47,955 nucleotides of DNA from the IMG/VR virus record IMGVR_UViG_3300045988_175607, positions 1 to 47,955 of that record. One strand, 5' to 3'. Positions 18,262 through 27,545 of this stretch are shown here, one piece after another. The notes beneath the pieces are model-generated. The model was not told the DNA's origin, did not search any database, and was given only the letters and a program-made list of their open reading frames with translations. Position 1 is the first letter of the stretch; each line of letters starts with the position of its first letter. The DNA comes from a virus. Position numbers and translations under genes: made by a program.

Positions 18262-18584
18262 AAGTAAAAAGGCTCTCCCTATATAGTAATATATAGTAAA
18301 AAACTCTTGGAAAAACAGGAAGGCTGTAAAATGCTAACCCGAGCGGAAGTTATTGAGTAACGTTGATAACACGCGCAACGCATAGGTTTGAAACTTAATC
18401 TTAATTAAGAATATAAATTTAACCCACGAGCCAAGGGCGCCTATCTTGTTAAAGATAGGATGAAGAGATATGCTGAACCAGATTGGAATTGACTAATCAA
18501 TATTTAAAGATTATACCACGTCTTTAGAGAATGAAGGAAACTTCTGGAATTAAAGGATAAAAAGCCTTTAAGATAACAAATATG
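18262..18584 (+). ncRNA. ORF-less group I-type intron (family B) in the Sak4-like gene
   Basis: Family-B core elements ggaaggctg...atgctaacccgagcggaag, gcaacgcatag, cccacgagcc, agatatgctgaac, hairpin taaagg-ataaaaag-ccttta, 3' end gataacaaatatg. The joined product gives a canonical Walker A GEPKSGKTT. Confidence 0.6.
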
Positions 18585-18872
18585 CCAAAAAGTGGTAAAA
18601 CAACTATTGCAACCCGCTTCCCGCGGGCATTGCTTCTAGCCTTTGAAAAAGGATATAATGCACTCCCTGGGGTCATGGCTCAGCCCATAAATAGCTGGGG
18701 TGACTTCAAGAAAGCTCTCACAGAGTTGAGAGACCCGGACGTACAGTCCATGTTCGAGACCGTGATTCTCGACACCGCGGACATCGCATACAGCTACTGC
18801 GAGAAGTACATCTGCAGTCGTGAAAGCGATCAGAAGAATACTTACGAAACTGTTGCTGATATACCTTACGGT
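18585..18872 (+). CDS. Sak4-like ATPase, exon 2
   Basis: PKSGKTTIATRFPRALLLAFEKGY...DTADIAYSY...ADIPYG. Confidence 0.65.
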
Positions 18873-19954
18873 AAAATCTTTGCCGCTTATTAATGGTAAC
18901 ATTAATCAGAAAATCGTAGTAAAAAACTGGAACTCTGAAATGGGAATCAGAGCGGAAGGTCAGGTTTAAAAGCCTTACCACGCACAACGCATAGAAAAAT
19001 TAAACATTAGAGGAGGATTGCCTCGGCATGGGGAAATCAATAAAATTAACATTAGAGCAGGAACAACAGATAATTTATAATTATACTGTTTTAAAACAGG
19101 GCCAAAAAAAAGCGGGAGCTTTTATTCCGGTAAGTGATCATATTGTTAAAAAAGTTTTAAATAAACACAATATTCCTATTAAAACTCTTCAAGAAACTAA
19201 TGCCAATAAATATTATATTAATCATGATTTTTTTAAGGTACAAAATGAAGATATGGCTTATTGGTTAGGAATTTTAGGTTCTGATGGTTGTATTAGTTCT
19301 ATGGAAAATCAAATTTATATAGAATTGCAACGACAAGATAAAGAACTTTTAGAAAAATTAAATGCAATTATAGAGAATCAGCGCCCCGTTAAAGATTATG
19401 AAACCGCTCGAGGTTATGAAAACAGTAAATTATATTTTTATTCTAAAGAAATAAAAAATGATTTAGCTCAATATCATATAATACCTAATAAAACTTATAA
19501 TCCAGAGTATCGTTTTCCAGAAAAATTAAAGTCTCAATATATTAAAGATTATATTAGAGGATTGTTTGATGGAGATGGAAGTATTAAACAAGGGACTTCA
19601 ATTACTTGGCAAGTTGATACAGGTTCTTATGATATTGCAAAAAAAATTGTTGAATTTTTTGCAAAATATGATATTGAATTACAAATTTCTTTTTTACCCA
19701 AAAAAAATGTAACTATATATAGGGTATATGGTTATACTAAACAAAAAGTTCAAAAAATTTATAATTTACTTTATAATACACAGTCAACACTTTATCTAAG
19801 ACGTAAAAAAGAAAAATTTGAAGAACTCCTTAAATGATATAGTTTTCCACGAGACTACGACATCTTATGCATTAAGATGAAAAGATATGCTGAACTTATA
19901 CGAATAAAAAGTATAAGAACTAAAAGATAAAAAGCTTTTAGGATAACAAAATTG
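18873..19954 (+). ncRNA. group I-type intron (family B) with a LAGLIDADG homing endonuclease ORF
   Basis: 5' aaaatctttgccgc..., cagagcggaagg, gcaacgcatag; 3' ttccacgagact, agatatgctgaac, hairpin cttatac/gtataag, hairpin taaaag-ataaaaag-ctttta, gataacaaaattg then exon. Confidence 0.65.
19028..19837 (+). CDS. LAGLIDADG homing endonuclease (two motifs)
   Basis: WLGILGSDGCIS and IRGLFDGDGSIKQ. Confidence 0.8.
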   Translation: MGKSIKLTLEQEQQIIYNYTVLKQGQKKAGAFIPVSDHIVKKVLNKHNIPIKTLQETNANKYYINHDFFKVQNEDMAYWLGILGSDGCISSMENQIYIELQRQDKELLEKLNAIIENQRPVKDYETARGYENSKLYFYSKEIKNDLAQYHIIPNKTYNPEYRFPEKLKSQYIKDYIRGLFDGDGSIKQGTSITWQVDTGSYDIAKKIVEFFAKYDIELQISFLPKKNVTIYRVYGYTKQKVQKIYNLLYNTQSTLYLRRKKEKFEELLK

Positions 19955-20578
19955 AAAGGTTATACAATGGCGCAGGATGAGTTTGACACATGCATCCGTA
20001 AAATTCTCCAGTTGAATTATGGTCTTGTTCTTATTAGCCATTCGACTGAAAAGACTTTTACTAATGAAAAGGGCCAAGAGGTATCAAAGATAGTGCCTAC
20101 TCTTGATAAGCGCGCTCGCCTTGTCTGCGAGAGAACTTGTGATATAATAGGTTATTCTCGTTCTATCGATACCGATGATGGTAATAAGACTATTTTGTTT
20201 ATGCGTGGCACCCCTCGCTTTGTTGCAGGCAGCCGCTTCCGCTTCACTCCTGATTTTATTGAGTTTTCTTATGATAACTTGGTAAATGCAATTGCGGAGG
20301 CCATAGACAAGGAAGCCGCAGCTTCAAACGGTACTCTTGTTACTGATGAAAAGACTCAGGTAGTAAGTCAGGAAGAGACTTATGATTTTGAAGCTCTTAT
20401 GAAAGAGTTCCAAGATCTGGTTGGTATTCTGATGCAGAAAGATCAGGGCAATGCTATAAAGATTACTCAAATTGTTGATAAACATTTGGGTAAGGGCAAG
20501 AAGGTTGGCGATTGTACTGCCGAACAGGCTGCAATTATTGATCTTATAGTTCATGATATAAAGGCTCTGAATAAGTAA
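19955..20578 (+). CDS. Sak4-like ATPase, exon 3
   Basis: KGYTMAQDEF...LVLISHSTEK...continues the RecA-fold core; frame open from the intron end. Confidence 0.65.
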   Translation, partial: KGYTMAQDEFDTCIRKILQLNYGLVLISHSTEKTFTNEKGQEVSKIVPTLDKRARLVCERTCDIIGYSRSIDTDDGNKTILFMRGTPRFVAGSRFRFTPDFIEFSYDNLVNAIAEAIDKEAAASNGTLVTDEKTQVVSQEETYDFEALMKEFQDLVGILMQKDQGNAIKITQIVDKHLGKGKKVGDCTAEQAAIIDLIVHDIKALNK

Positions 20579-20588
20579 ATAAATATAA

Positions 20589-20625
20589 ACCCGAAGTATC
20601 TTGTACTTCGGGTTGATTTTTATTT
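20589..20625 (+). terminator. rho-independent terminator
   Basis: acccgaagta-tcttg-tacttcgggt followed by a T run. Confidence 0.8.
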
Positions 20626-20641
20626 AAAAATATAGTATAAT
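20613..20641 (+). promoter_or_regulatory. promoter TTGATT-17-TATAAT followed by ATATATAG
   Basis: Same architecture as 16808 and 27488. Confidence 0.5.
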
Positions 20642-20654
20642 ATATATAGAAAAA

Positions 20655-21344
20655 ATGTCGAAAGGGAGGGAGAAGAAAATCGCACATCAAGTTCTTTGTT
20701 TTTATTGTAATAAAAACTTTGATAGAGATAAAGAAGAATATGTTCAAATTCGTTCGCGAAGATATGCTCATGCAGCCTGCTATTTAAGAGAGCGAGAAAA
20801 AAAACAAGATAAAACCCCCCCATTAGAAATTATTGACCCATTAGATAAAGTTGAATGTGCTTATTGCCATCAACAAATGTCCAAAAGCAAAGATGATGTA
20901 ATTAAAATTTCTGAGCGCAAATACGCGCATAAACATTGTGCGGAAATTGAGTCAAAGCGAGAATTAACTGATAAAGAAAAATTAGAGCGATATATAATGC
21001 AAATGTTTAATACTGACTATGTGCCGCCGCGTATTAGAAAGCAAATTGACAAATATATAGCAGAATTTAATTATACTTATTCTGGCATTTTAAAATCTTT
21101 GCAGTATTTTTATGAAGTTAAAAATGGCGATATAACAAAAGCAGGAGAAAGTATTGGTATTGTTCCATATGTTTATCAACGAGCTTATGAATATTATTAC
21201 AATATTTGGCTCGCGCATCAAAAGAATGAAACAAAAACAATTGAAGTTTATCAGCCAAAAGTGATAGAAGTAGTAATTGAAAGACCTAAGCGAAAAATTA
21301 AAAGAAGAAAATTATTTTCTTTTTTAGATGAGGAAAAAGAATAA
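20655..21344 (+). CDS. hypothetical protein with two CxxC...H...C zinc-ribbon-like units
   Basis: 229-aa ORF; RBS gggaggg. Confidence 0.55.
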   Translation: MSKGREKKIAHQVLCFYCNKNFDRDKEEYVQIRSRRYAHAACYLREREKKQDKTPPLEIIDPLDKVECAYCHQQMSKSKDDVIKISERKYAHKHCAEIESKRELTDKEKLERYIMQMFNTDYVPPRIRKQIDKYIAEFNYTYSGILKSLQYFYEVKNGDITKAGESIGIVPYVYQRAYEYYYNIWLAHQKNETKTIEVYQPKVIEVVIERPKRKIKRRKLFSFLDEEKE

Positions 21345-22873
21345 TGGCAAGTAAATATATTGATGCAGTAAGCATTATGCAAGTTATTGGTTGTGTTTTT
21401 AATAATCCTGCGCTTTTGGATTTCACTGATAAATACACAATTACTGACAATGATTTTCCCGATGATTTTCATAAAACAGTTTTTGGCGCAATATATAAAC
21501 TTCATGAGTCTGGCGTTAATACAATTTCTCTGGAAACAATTAATGACTTTCTTGCGGGACGACCTAAAAGTGAAGGCATTTTTAAACAGCAAAAAGGCGA
21601 AGAATGGCTTCTAAGAGTTTCTGATACTTGCACTCCCGCAGCTTTTGATTATTATTATAATAAACTTAAAAAAATGTCATTATTGCGGGCATATGATAAT
21701 TATGGTATTGATGTAAAATTTATCTATGACCCAACTAATGTTTTAGATATAAAAAAGAAACAAGCTCAAGAAGAAAAACTTGATAATCTAACTTTGGAAG
21801 ATATTGCCAATGAAGTTGATAAACGAATAGACAATATTCGTATGGAATATGTTGATGATGAATTTGGTGAAGCTTCTCAGGCTGGAGATAATATTTTTGA
21901 TTTAATTAATAATCTTAAAGAGCATCCTGAAGTAGGCGTGCCACTTTACGGCCCTCTGATTAATACTGTTACTCGTGGAGCTAGGTTAAAGAAGTTCTAT
22001 TTGCGGAGTGCTCCAACTGGCGTAGGCAAAACCCGAAGTATGATTGCAGATGCGTGTTATATTTCTTGTAATAAAATTTATGATGAAAATTTTGGATGGA
22101 TTCGGTGTGGTTCCTCTGAGCCAACTTTATTTATTACCACTGAGCAAGAATTAGAAGAAATACAAACTATGATGTTGGCATTTATTTCTAATGTTAATGA
22201 AGAACACATACTTAATGGTAAATATGATGGTAATGAAGAAGAGCGAGTTTTTGAAGCTGCAAAAATACTTCAAAATGCTCCATTATATATAGAAGAACTT
22301 CCAGATTTTTCATTGCAGGATATTGAAGATCGCATACGTCGAAATATACGCGACCATGATGTTAAGTATATTTTTCATGATTATGTGCATACAAGTATTA
22401 AAATTCTTGAAGAAATAACTCGTCGCAGTGGAGGGGTTAAACTTCGAGAAGATAATATTTTATTTATGCTTTCAATTCGGCTCAAAGACTTGTGTAATGA
22501 ATATGGAGTGTTTATTATGTCAGCAACCCAGCTCAACTCGGATTATACAGAGTCGCGAACACCAGACCAGAACCTTCTTCGTGGTGCTAAGTCAATTGCA
22601 GATAAGGTAGACTATGGTGCTGTTATACTTGGGGTTAAAGAAGAAGACCTCACCGCATTAGAGCCTGTTCTTGCATCAAATCTTTTTGAACGTCCCACAA
22701 TAAAAATTTCAATTTATAAAAATCGCCGTGGTCGATATAAAGGAATATATTTGTGGTGTAAAGCAGATTTAGGTTGTTGTCGCATTCAGCCCATGTTCGC
22801 AACCGGATATGATTATGAAATAATTAATATAGATGATACAAAAATAATAATAGATGAGCCAAGTGCTTTTTAA
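21344..22873 (+). CDS. dnaB: replicative DNA helicase, DnaB family
   Basis: Walker A SAPTGVGKT; RecA-like C-terminal domain; 509 aa. Confidence 0.85.
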   Translation: MASKYIDAVSIMQVIGCVFNNPALLDFTDKYTITDNDFPDDFHKTVFGAIYKLHESGVNTISLETINDFLAGRPKSEGIFKQQKGEEWLLRVSDTCTPAAFDYYYNKLKKMSLLRAYDNYGIDVKFIYDPTNVLDIKKKQAQEEKLDNLTLEDIANEVDKRIDNIRMEYVDDEFGEASQAGDNIFDLINNLKEHPEVGVPLYGPLINTVTRGARLKKFYLRSAPTGVGKTRSMIADACYISCNKIYDENFGWIRCGSSEPTLFITTEQELEEIQTMMLAFISNVNEEHILNGKYDGNEEERVFEAAKILQNAPLYIEELPDFSLQDIEDRIRRNIRDHDVKYIFHDYVHTSIKILEEITRRSGGVKLREDNILFMLSIRLKDLCNEYGVFIMSATQLNSDYTESRTPDQNLLRGAKSIADKVDYGAVILGVKEEDLTALEPVLASNLFERPTIKISIYKNRRGRYKGIYLWCKADLGCCRIQPMFATGYDYEIINIDDTKIIIDEPSAF

Positions 22874-22891
22874 AGAAAGGAAATAAAAACA

Positions 22892-23074
22892 ATGAGTGGT
22901 TATATGACAACCGGCAAGCCTTTTGAATATATTATGTCTACTGAGATGGCGAAAGGAATTCTGAAGGGTCGCCAAGGTGATGACAAGCGAGTTCCTAATC
23001 AGAAGTTTCTTTGTGATTATGTAAACCGTGAATGTGGTCTTATGGGAGTTTGTGTAAAAGTTATAGTGAAGTAA
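22892..23074 (+). CDS. hypothetical small protein
   Basis: 60-aa ORF with RBS. Confidence 0.4.
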   Translation: MSGYMTTGKPFEYIMSTEMAKGILKGRQGDDKRVPNQKFLCDYVNRECGLMGVCVKVIVK

Positions 23075-23075
23075 A

Positions 23076-24182
23076 ATGTTAGTCTTTGATAAACATGAAA
23101 TAAAAAATTCTTTATCAACTGAAGACATTTTTAACTTATTACAAGAGTGGGGGGGAGAGCCGGAGTATACCTCTTTCGGCATTATCTCCTCTACTATTTG
23201 TCATAATTTGCCCGGTGAAGGCAGTCGAAAATTATATTTTTATGAGAATAGTGGATTATTTAAATGTTATACTGAATGCGATTCCACTTTTGATATATTT
23301 GAATTAACGATTAAAGTTGCATCAATTCAAGCAAGCAAAGTTTTTGATCTAAATGATGCTGTTCGCTATATAGCTTATAAAATGGGTTTAAGCGGACGTG
23401 AAGAATCTTCTGAGCAAACTGAAATTCCAGAAGATTGGAAATTTTTGGCCAATTATGATAGAATTAATGCAATTAAAATTAATAATAAAACTACAATTGA
23501 ATTAAAACCTTATAATGAAAATATTTTAACACATTTTAACTATGACGTTAAATTAACGCCTTGGTTAAAAGAAAATATTTCGCAAAAAGTATTAAAGGAA
23601 TGCCACATTGGTTTTTATCCAGGAGGAGATCAAATAACCATTCCTCATTATAATATTAATGGGGAGTTTGTCGGTTTGCGCGGTCGCGCAATGTGTAAAG
23701 ATGAATGCGAAAGATATGGAAAATATCGTCCATTAAATATAAACGGTACTCTTTACACTCATCCTCTTGGAATGAACCTTTATAATTTAAATTTAAGCAA
23801 AGAAAATATTCAAAATAGCAAAACCGCAATTATATTTGAATCTGAAAAGTCTTGTTTAAAAATGCGATCTTATTTTGGGCCTGAAAGCGATATTTCTGTA
23901 GCATGTTGTGGCAGTAGCCTTTCAGTTCATCAGATGGATTTACTTTTGGACTTAGGTGTTAATGAAGTTATCATTGCATTTGATAGACAATTTCAAACAA
24001 TTGGAGACAAAGAATTTAAGCATTTGACTACGAATTTAACCAAGCTATATAATAAATATAAAAATTTAACTTCTATTTCTTTTATTTTTGATAAGGAAAT
24101 GATAACAAATTATAAAGATAGCCCAATTGATTGCGGCAAAGATATATTTTTACATTTATTAGATGAAAGGATTAGTTTATGA
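23076..24182 (+). CDS. dnaG: DNA primase (DnaG-like: CHC2 zinc finger plus TOPRIM)
   Basis: CHNLPGEGSRKLYF...CYTECD zinc finger; TOPRIM IIFESEKS...VIIAFDRQ. Confidence 0.8.
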   Translation: MLVFDKHEIKNSLSTEDIFNLLQEWGGEPEYTSFGIISSTICHNLPGEGSRKLYFYENSGLFKCYTECDSTFDIFELTIKVASIQASKVFDLNDAVRYIAYKMGLSGREESSEQTEIPEDWKFLANYDRINAIKINNKTTIELKPYNENILTHFNYDVKLTPWLKENISQKVLKECHIGFYPGGDQITIPHYNINGEFVGLRGRAMCKDECERYGKYRPLNINGTLYTHPLGMNLYNLNLSKENIQNSKTAIIFESEKSCLKMRSYFGPESDISVACCGSSLSVHQMDLLLDLGVNEVIIAFDRQFQTIGDKEFKHLTTNLTKLYNKYKNLTSISFIFDKEMITNYKDSPIDCGKDIFLHLLDERISL

Positions 24183-24187
24183 AGTAA

Positions 24188-25926
24188 TGGAATATCAATT
24201 AATAGCACCAAGAAATAAATAGTATGCCGCGATTGAACAAGTTTTAATTAATCGAGGCATTTCTCCTTAGAATATATCTCATTATTTACGAACCAGTGAA
24301 GAAGATAATTTAAACCCTTCATCTATAATGAATATGCATGAAGGTGCAGTTATGTTAATTCAACATGTTATAAATAATGACCCCATCTTTGTGACCGTAG
24401 ACTCAGATTGTGACGGCTATACATCTGCGGCTACATTAATGAATTATTTAAACATGGCTTTTCCTTATTATACTGCACATTATGTTTCATATGCAATGCA
24501 TAAAGGGAAACAGCATGGCGTTAATTTAGATTATGTTCCAAAAGGAACTAAATTAGCAATAATACCTGATGCTGGCAGTAACCAATATGAAGAGCATAAA
24601 ATATTAAAAGAACAGGGTATTGATGTTTTAGTTATTGACCATCATATTGCTGAAAAAGTATCTGAATATGCTTGTGTAATTAATAATCAACTTTGCGATT
24701 ATCCAACAAAATCATTATCCGGCGTTGGTATGGTTTATAAGTTTTGTTCTTATATTGATAGTTTAATGGGGCAGCATTTTGCAGAAGAGCTTGCCGATTT
24801 AGTGGCTTTAGGTTTAGTGGCAGATATGATGGATTTGCGCGATCTTGAAACGCGCTATCTTATTACAAAAGGAATCCAAAATGTAAAAAACCCTTTTATG
24901 AAAGCTATGACTGAAAAGCAAGAATATTCAATTTCTAAAGCTGGTGGTCTTTGCCCTTTTTCAATAGCTTTTTATATTGCACCTTTAGTAAATGCAGTAA
25001 CTCGCACTGGCACTCAAGAAGATAAAGAGCTTTTATTTAAAAGCATGTTAGATGCTTATGCTTATAAAAAAGTTCCTTCTACTAAGCGAGGTTGCAAGGG
25101 GCAAGAGGAAACAATAGTTGAACAAGCTGTACGAATGTGCGGTAATGTTAAAAATCATCAAACTAAAATACAAGATGAATGTGTTGCGTTAATTGAAGAT
25201 ATTATTCAAGAAGAACAATTATTAAATAATAAACTTTTAATTATCCCTTTAGATAAAGAAAGCACAATGGATTCTAATTTAACGGGCTTAATTGCAAATA
25301 AATTAATGGCTAAATATCAACGTCCAGTTGCTATTTTAAATGAAAGAATTTCTCCAGAAGGAAAAATAACTTATGAAGGCAGCGGTCGTGGCTATGATAA
25401 ATCTAAATTAAAAGATTTCAGAGGGTTTGTGCGGGATTCAGGTCTTGCGCTTTATGCAGAGGGACATGAAAATGCTTTCGGACTAGGGTTCACGCGAGAA
25501 AGCCTACCGTAGTTTATTCAATATTCTAACGATGTTTTAAAAGATTTCGATTTTTCACCATGTTATCTTGTTGATTTTATTTACAATGAAAATTTTATTA
25601 ATTGTGAAGAAATTTTAGACATAGCTCGTTGGTATGATTTATGGGGTCAAAAAATGGATGAGCCATTAATTTGTTTGCAAAGAATAAAAGTTAATAAAAA
25701 TAATGTTGATTTAATGGCTAAAGGCACATTAAAAATAACTATAAATGATGACTTAACAGTTATTAAATTTGGTTCTAATGAAGAAGAATATGCTAATCTT
25801 TGTCCTGAAGTTGGCTATCAAATAATTAATATTATCGGAAAATGTAGTTTTAATAATTATACTGATAAAGCGCAAATTAAATTAGTTGATTATGAAATTG
25901 TTGATAATATGAGGTATTATTTTTAA
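24188..25926 (+). CDS. recJ: RecJ-like DHH/DHHA1 ssDNA exonuclease; full length only with 3 TAG codons read as sense
   Basis: N-terminal AIEQVLINRGIS-Q-NISHYL...DSDCDGYTSAA, DHH (VIDHHI); after the TAG at 25510 the frame continues 138 codons through an OB-fold-like C-terminus to the TAA at 25924. Confidence 0.75.
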
Positions 25927-25927
25927 A

Positions 25928-26284
25928 ATGGATACAAATAAAACTTTAACAGATTATATTTGGAAAGATGTAGTTCCAATGGATATAGAAACTTTAATTA
26001 ATAAAAGTGCTGAATATTTGGTGGCTTTTGGTGCAAATGCAAATGCTGCAACAGAAGCAATTTCAAAAATGTGTAGTAAAATGCAGGGCATCACTTCCGA
26101 TGAAGTTGCTGAAATAACTAATAAAACTTTGTTAAAGATGAATGAAGAGACTGACTTCATTGGGGCGCAGACGGCAGATTGGGAAGACCTCGCGGAAATT
26201 TTTAATGGAATTGATTCAATATCAGATAAAGATATAATTTTAAATGATAAGATTTTTACAGTAGATTTAAAGGATTTAATATAA
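25928..26284 (+). CDS. hypothetical acidic protein
   Basis: 118-aa ORF. Confidence 0.45.
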   Translation: MDTNKTLTDYIWKDVVPMDIETLINKSAEYLVAFGANANAATEAISKMCSKMQGITSDEVAEITNKTLLKMNEETDFIGAQTADWEDLAEIFNGIDSISDKDIILNDKIFTVDLKDLI

Positions 26285-27486
26285 ATGATATTAACAAAAA
26301 AACAAGAGGAAGGATTGAAGATTGCCGTAGCCCGATATAAGAGTAATGAATCTTACACTTGTATCGCTGGCTACGCCTAACTGGAAGTGGCAAATCTACA
26401 CTTGTGACTTTCATTATTGCAGCGCTTGGGGTTGATCCTCATGAAGATGTGGCTTATGTCGCATTTACTGGTAAAGCCGCAACGGTACTTGCACAAAAAG
26501 GTTGCCCAAATGCCATTACTGCTCATAAACTCTTATATGATGCTTGTCAGCAACCCGATGGGAGCTATATCTTTATTCCAAAAGAGGAATTGGACAAAGA
26601 TTTTAAAGTAATCGTAGTTGATGAAGTTTCAATGTTGCCTGTTGGAATGTGGGAACAATTACTAAGTCATCATGTATATATTTTGGCTCTTGGAGATCCA
26701 TTTCAGCTCCCGCCAATTTTAAAAAACGATGATAACCATGTCTTAGAGCATCCTCATGTTTTTCTTGATGAAATAATGCGGCAAGCGCAAGAAAGTGAAA
26801 TTATTCGCTTTTCAATGCATATTCGAGATGGTAAAAGCATTTCAAGCTATCACGCTGATAATAAAGAGGTAATGATTTTATCGCCTAAAGACTTATATAA
26901 AGACGTTTATTTATGGGCTGACCAAGTACTATGTGCAACAAATGATAAACGTATTGAAGTAAATAATTTATTTAGAGAATATAAAGGTTTTGGGGCAGAA
27001 CCAGAAATTGGAGACAAAATTATTGGTTTACATAATCGTTGGGAGTTTTGTTCCAGAGATGGTAGAGATATGCCATTAACTAATGGAACTATTGGTACTA
27101 TTACTTCTTTTAGAAAAAAATCAATTTGGTTGCCACGATATGTTAGCTCCTTTCCTTATTTATATATGTATACTAATATGGATGCTGAAGATGGTTCTAT
27201 ATTTAAAAATATACCAATAGATTATCTCTGTTTAAAAGAGGGCAAGCGCACTTTAACTGAAAAACAATTAATGATGATGAAGAGAAGCAAGAGATTTCCT
27301 TACGGCCCTCCTTATGATTTTGCTTATGCCTACGCGATTACTTATTGGAAAGCGCAAGGAAGTCAGTGGGATAAAGTTTTAGCTCTTGAAGAAGGGCATC
27401 CTTTTGATAGGGAAACACACGTTAAAGCTATATACACAGCAGTTACACGAGCTTCCAAAAAATTAGTATGGGTTAAAAGGTATTAA
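26285..27486 (+). CDS. Dda/RecD-like SF1 helicase; N-terminal 31 codons in frame 0, remainder in frame -1 (break at 26377)
   Basis: MILTKKQEEGLKIAVARYKSNESYTCIAGYA (frame A, stops at TAA 26378) then LTGSGKSTLVTFIIAALG...AFTGKAA (Walker A, helicase motifs) in the -1 frame. Confidence 0.6.
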
Positions 27487-27487
27487 A

Positions 27488-27516
27488 TTGATATATAAAA
27501 TATTATATGGTATAAT
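27488..27516 (+). promoter_or_regulatory. promoter TTGATA-17-TATAAT followed by ATATATAG
   Basis: ttgata 27488-27493, tataat 27511-27516. Confidence 0.5.
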
Positions 27517-27545
27517 ATATATAGAAAAAAATGGAAGGAGGGAGA

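Noticed and set aside
18582-18584. ATG with apparent upstream spacer, called as the start of the 18582-18893 ORF
   Set aside because: The ATG is the conserved intron terminus ...UAACAAAUAUG with omega-G; the ORF is exon 2 of the Sak4-like gene, and Walker A is complete only when joined to exon 1.
24328-25512. RecJ called as a 394-aa ORF starting at MNMHEG
   Set aside because: An internal Met; the conserved N-terminus upstream and C-terminus downstream are in frame across TAG codons.
26417-26611. 64-aa plus-strand ORF inside the helicase gene
   Set aside because: Alternative frame of a conserved helicase region.
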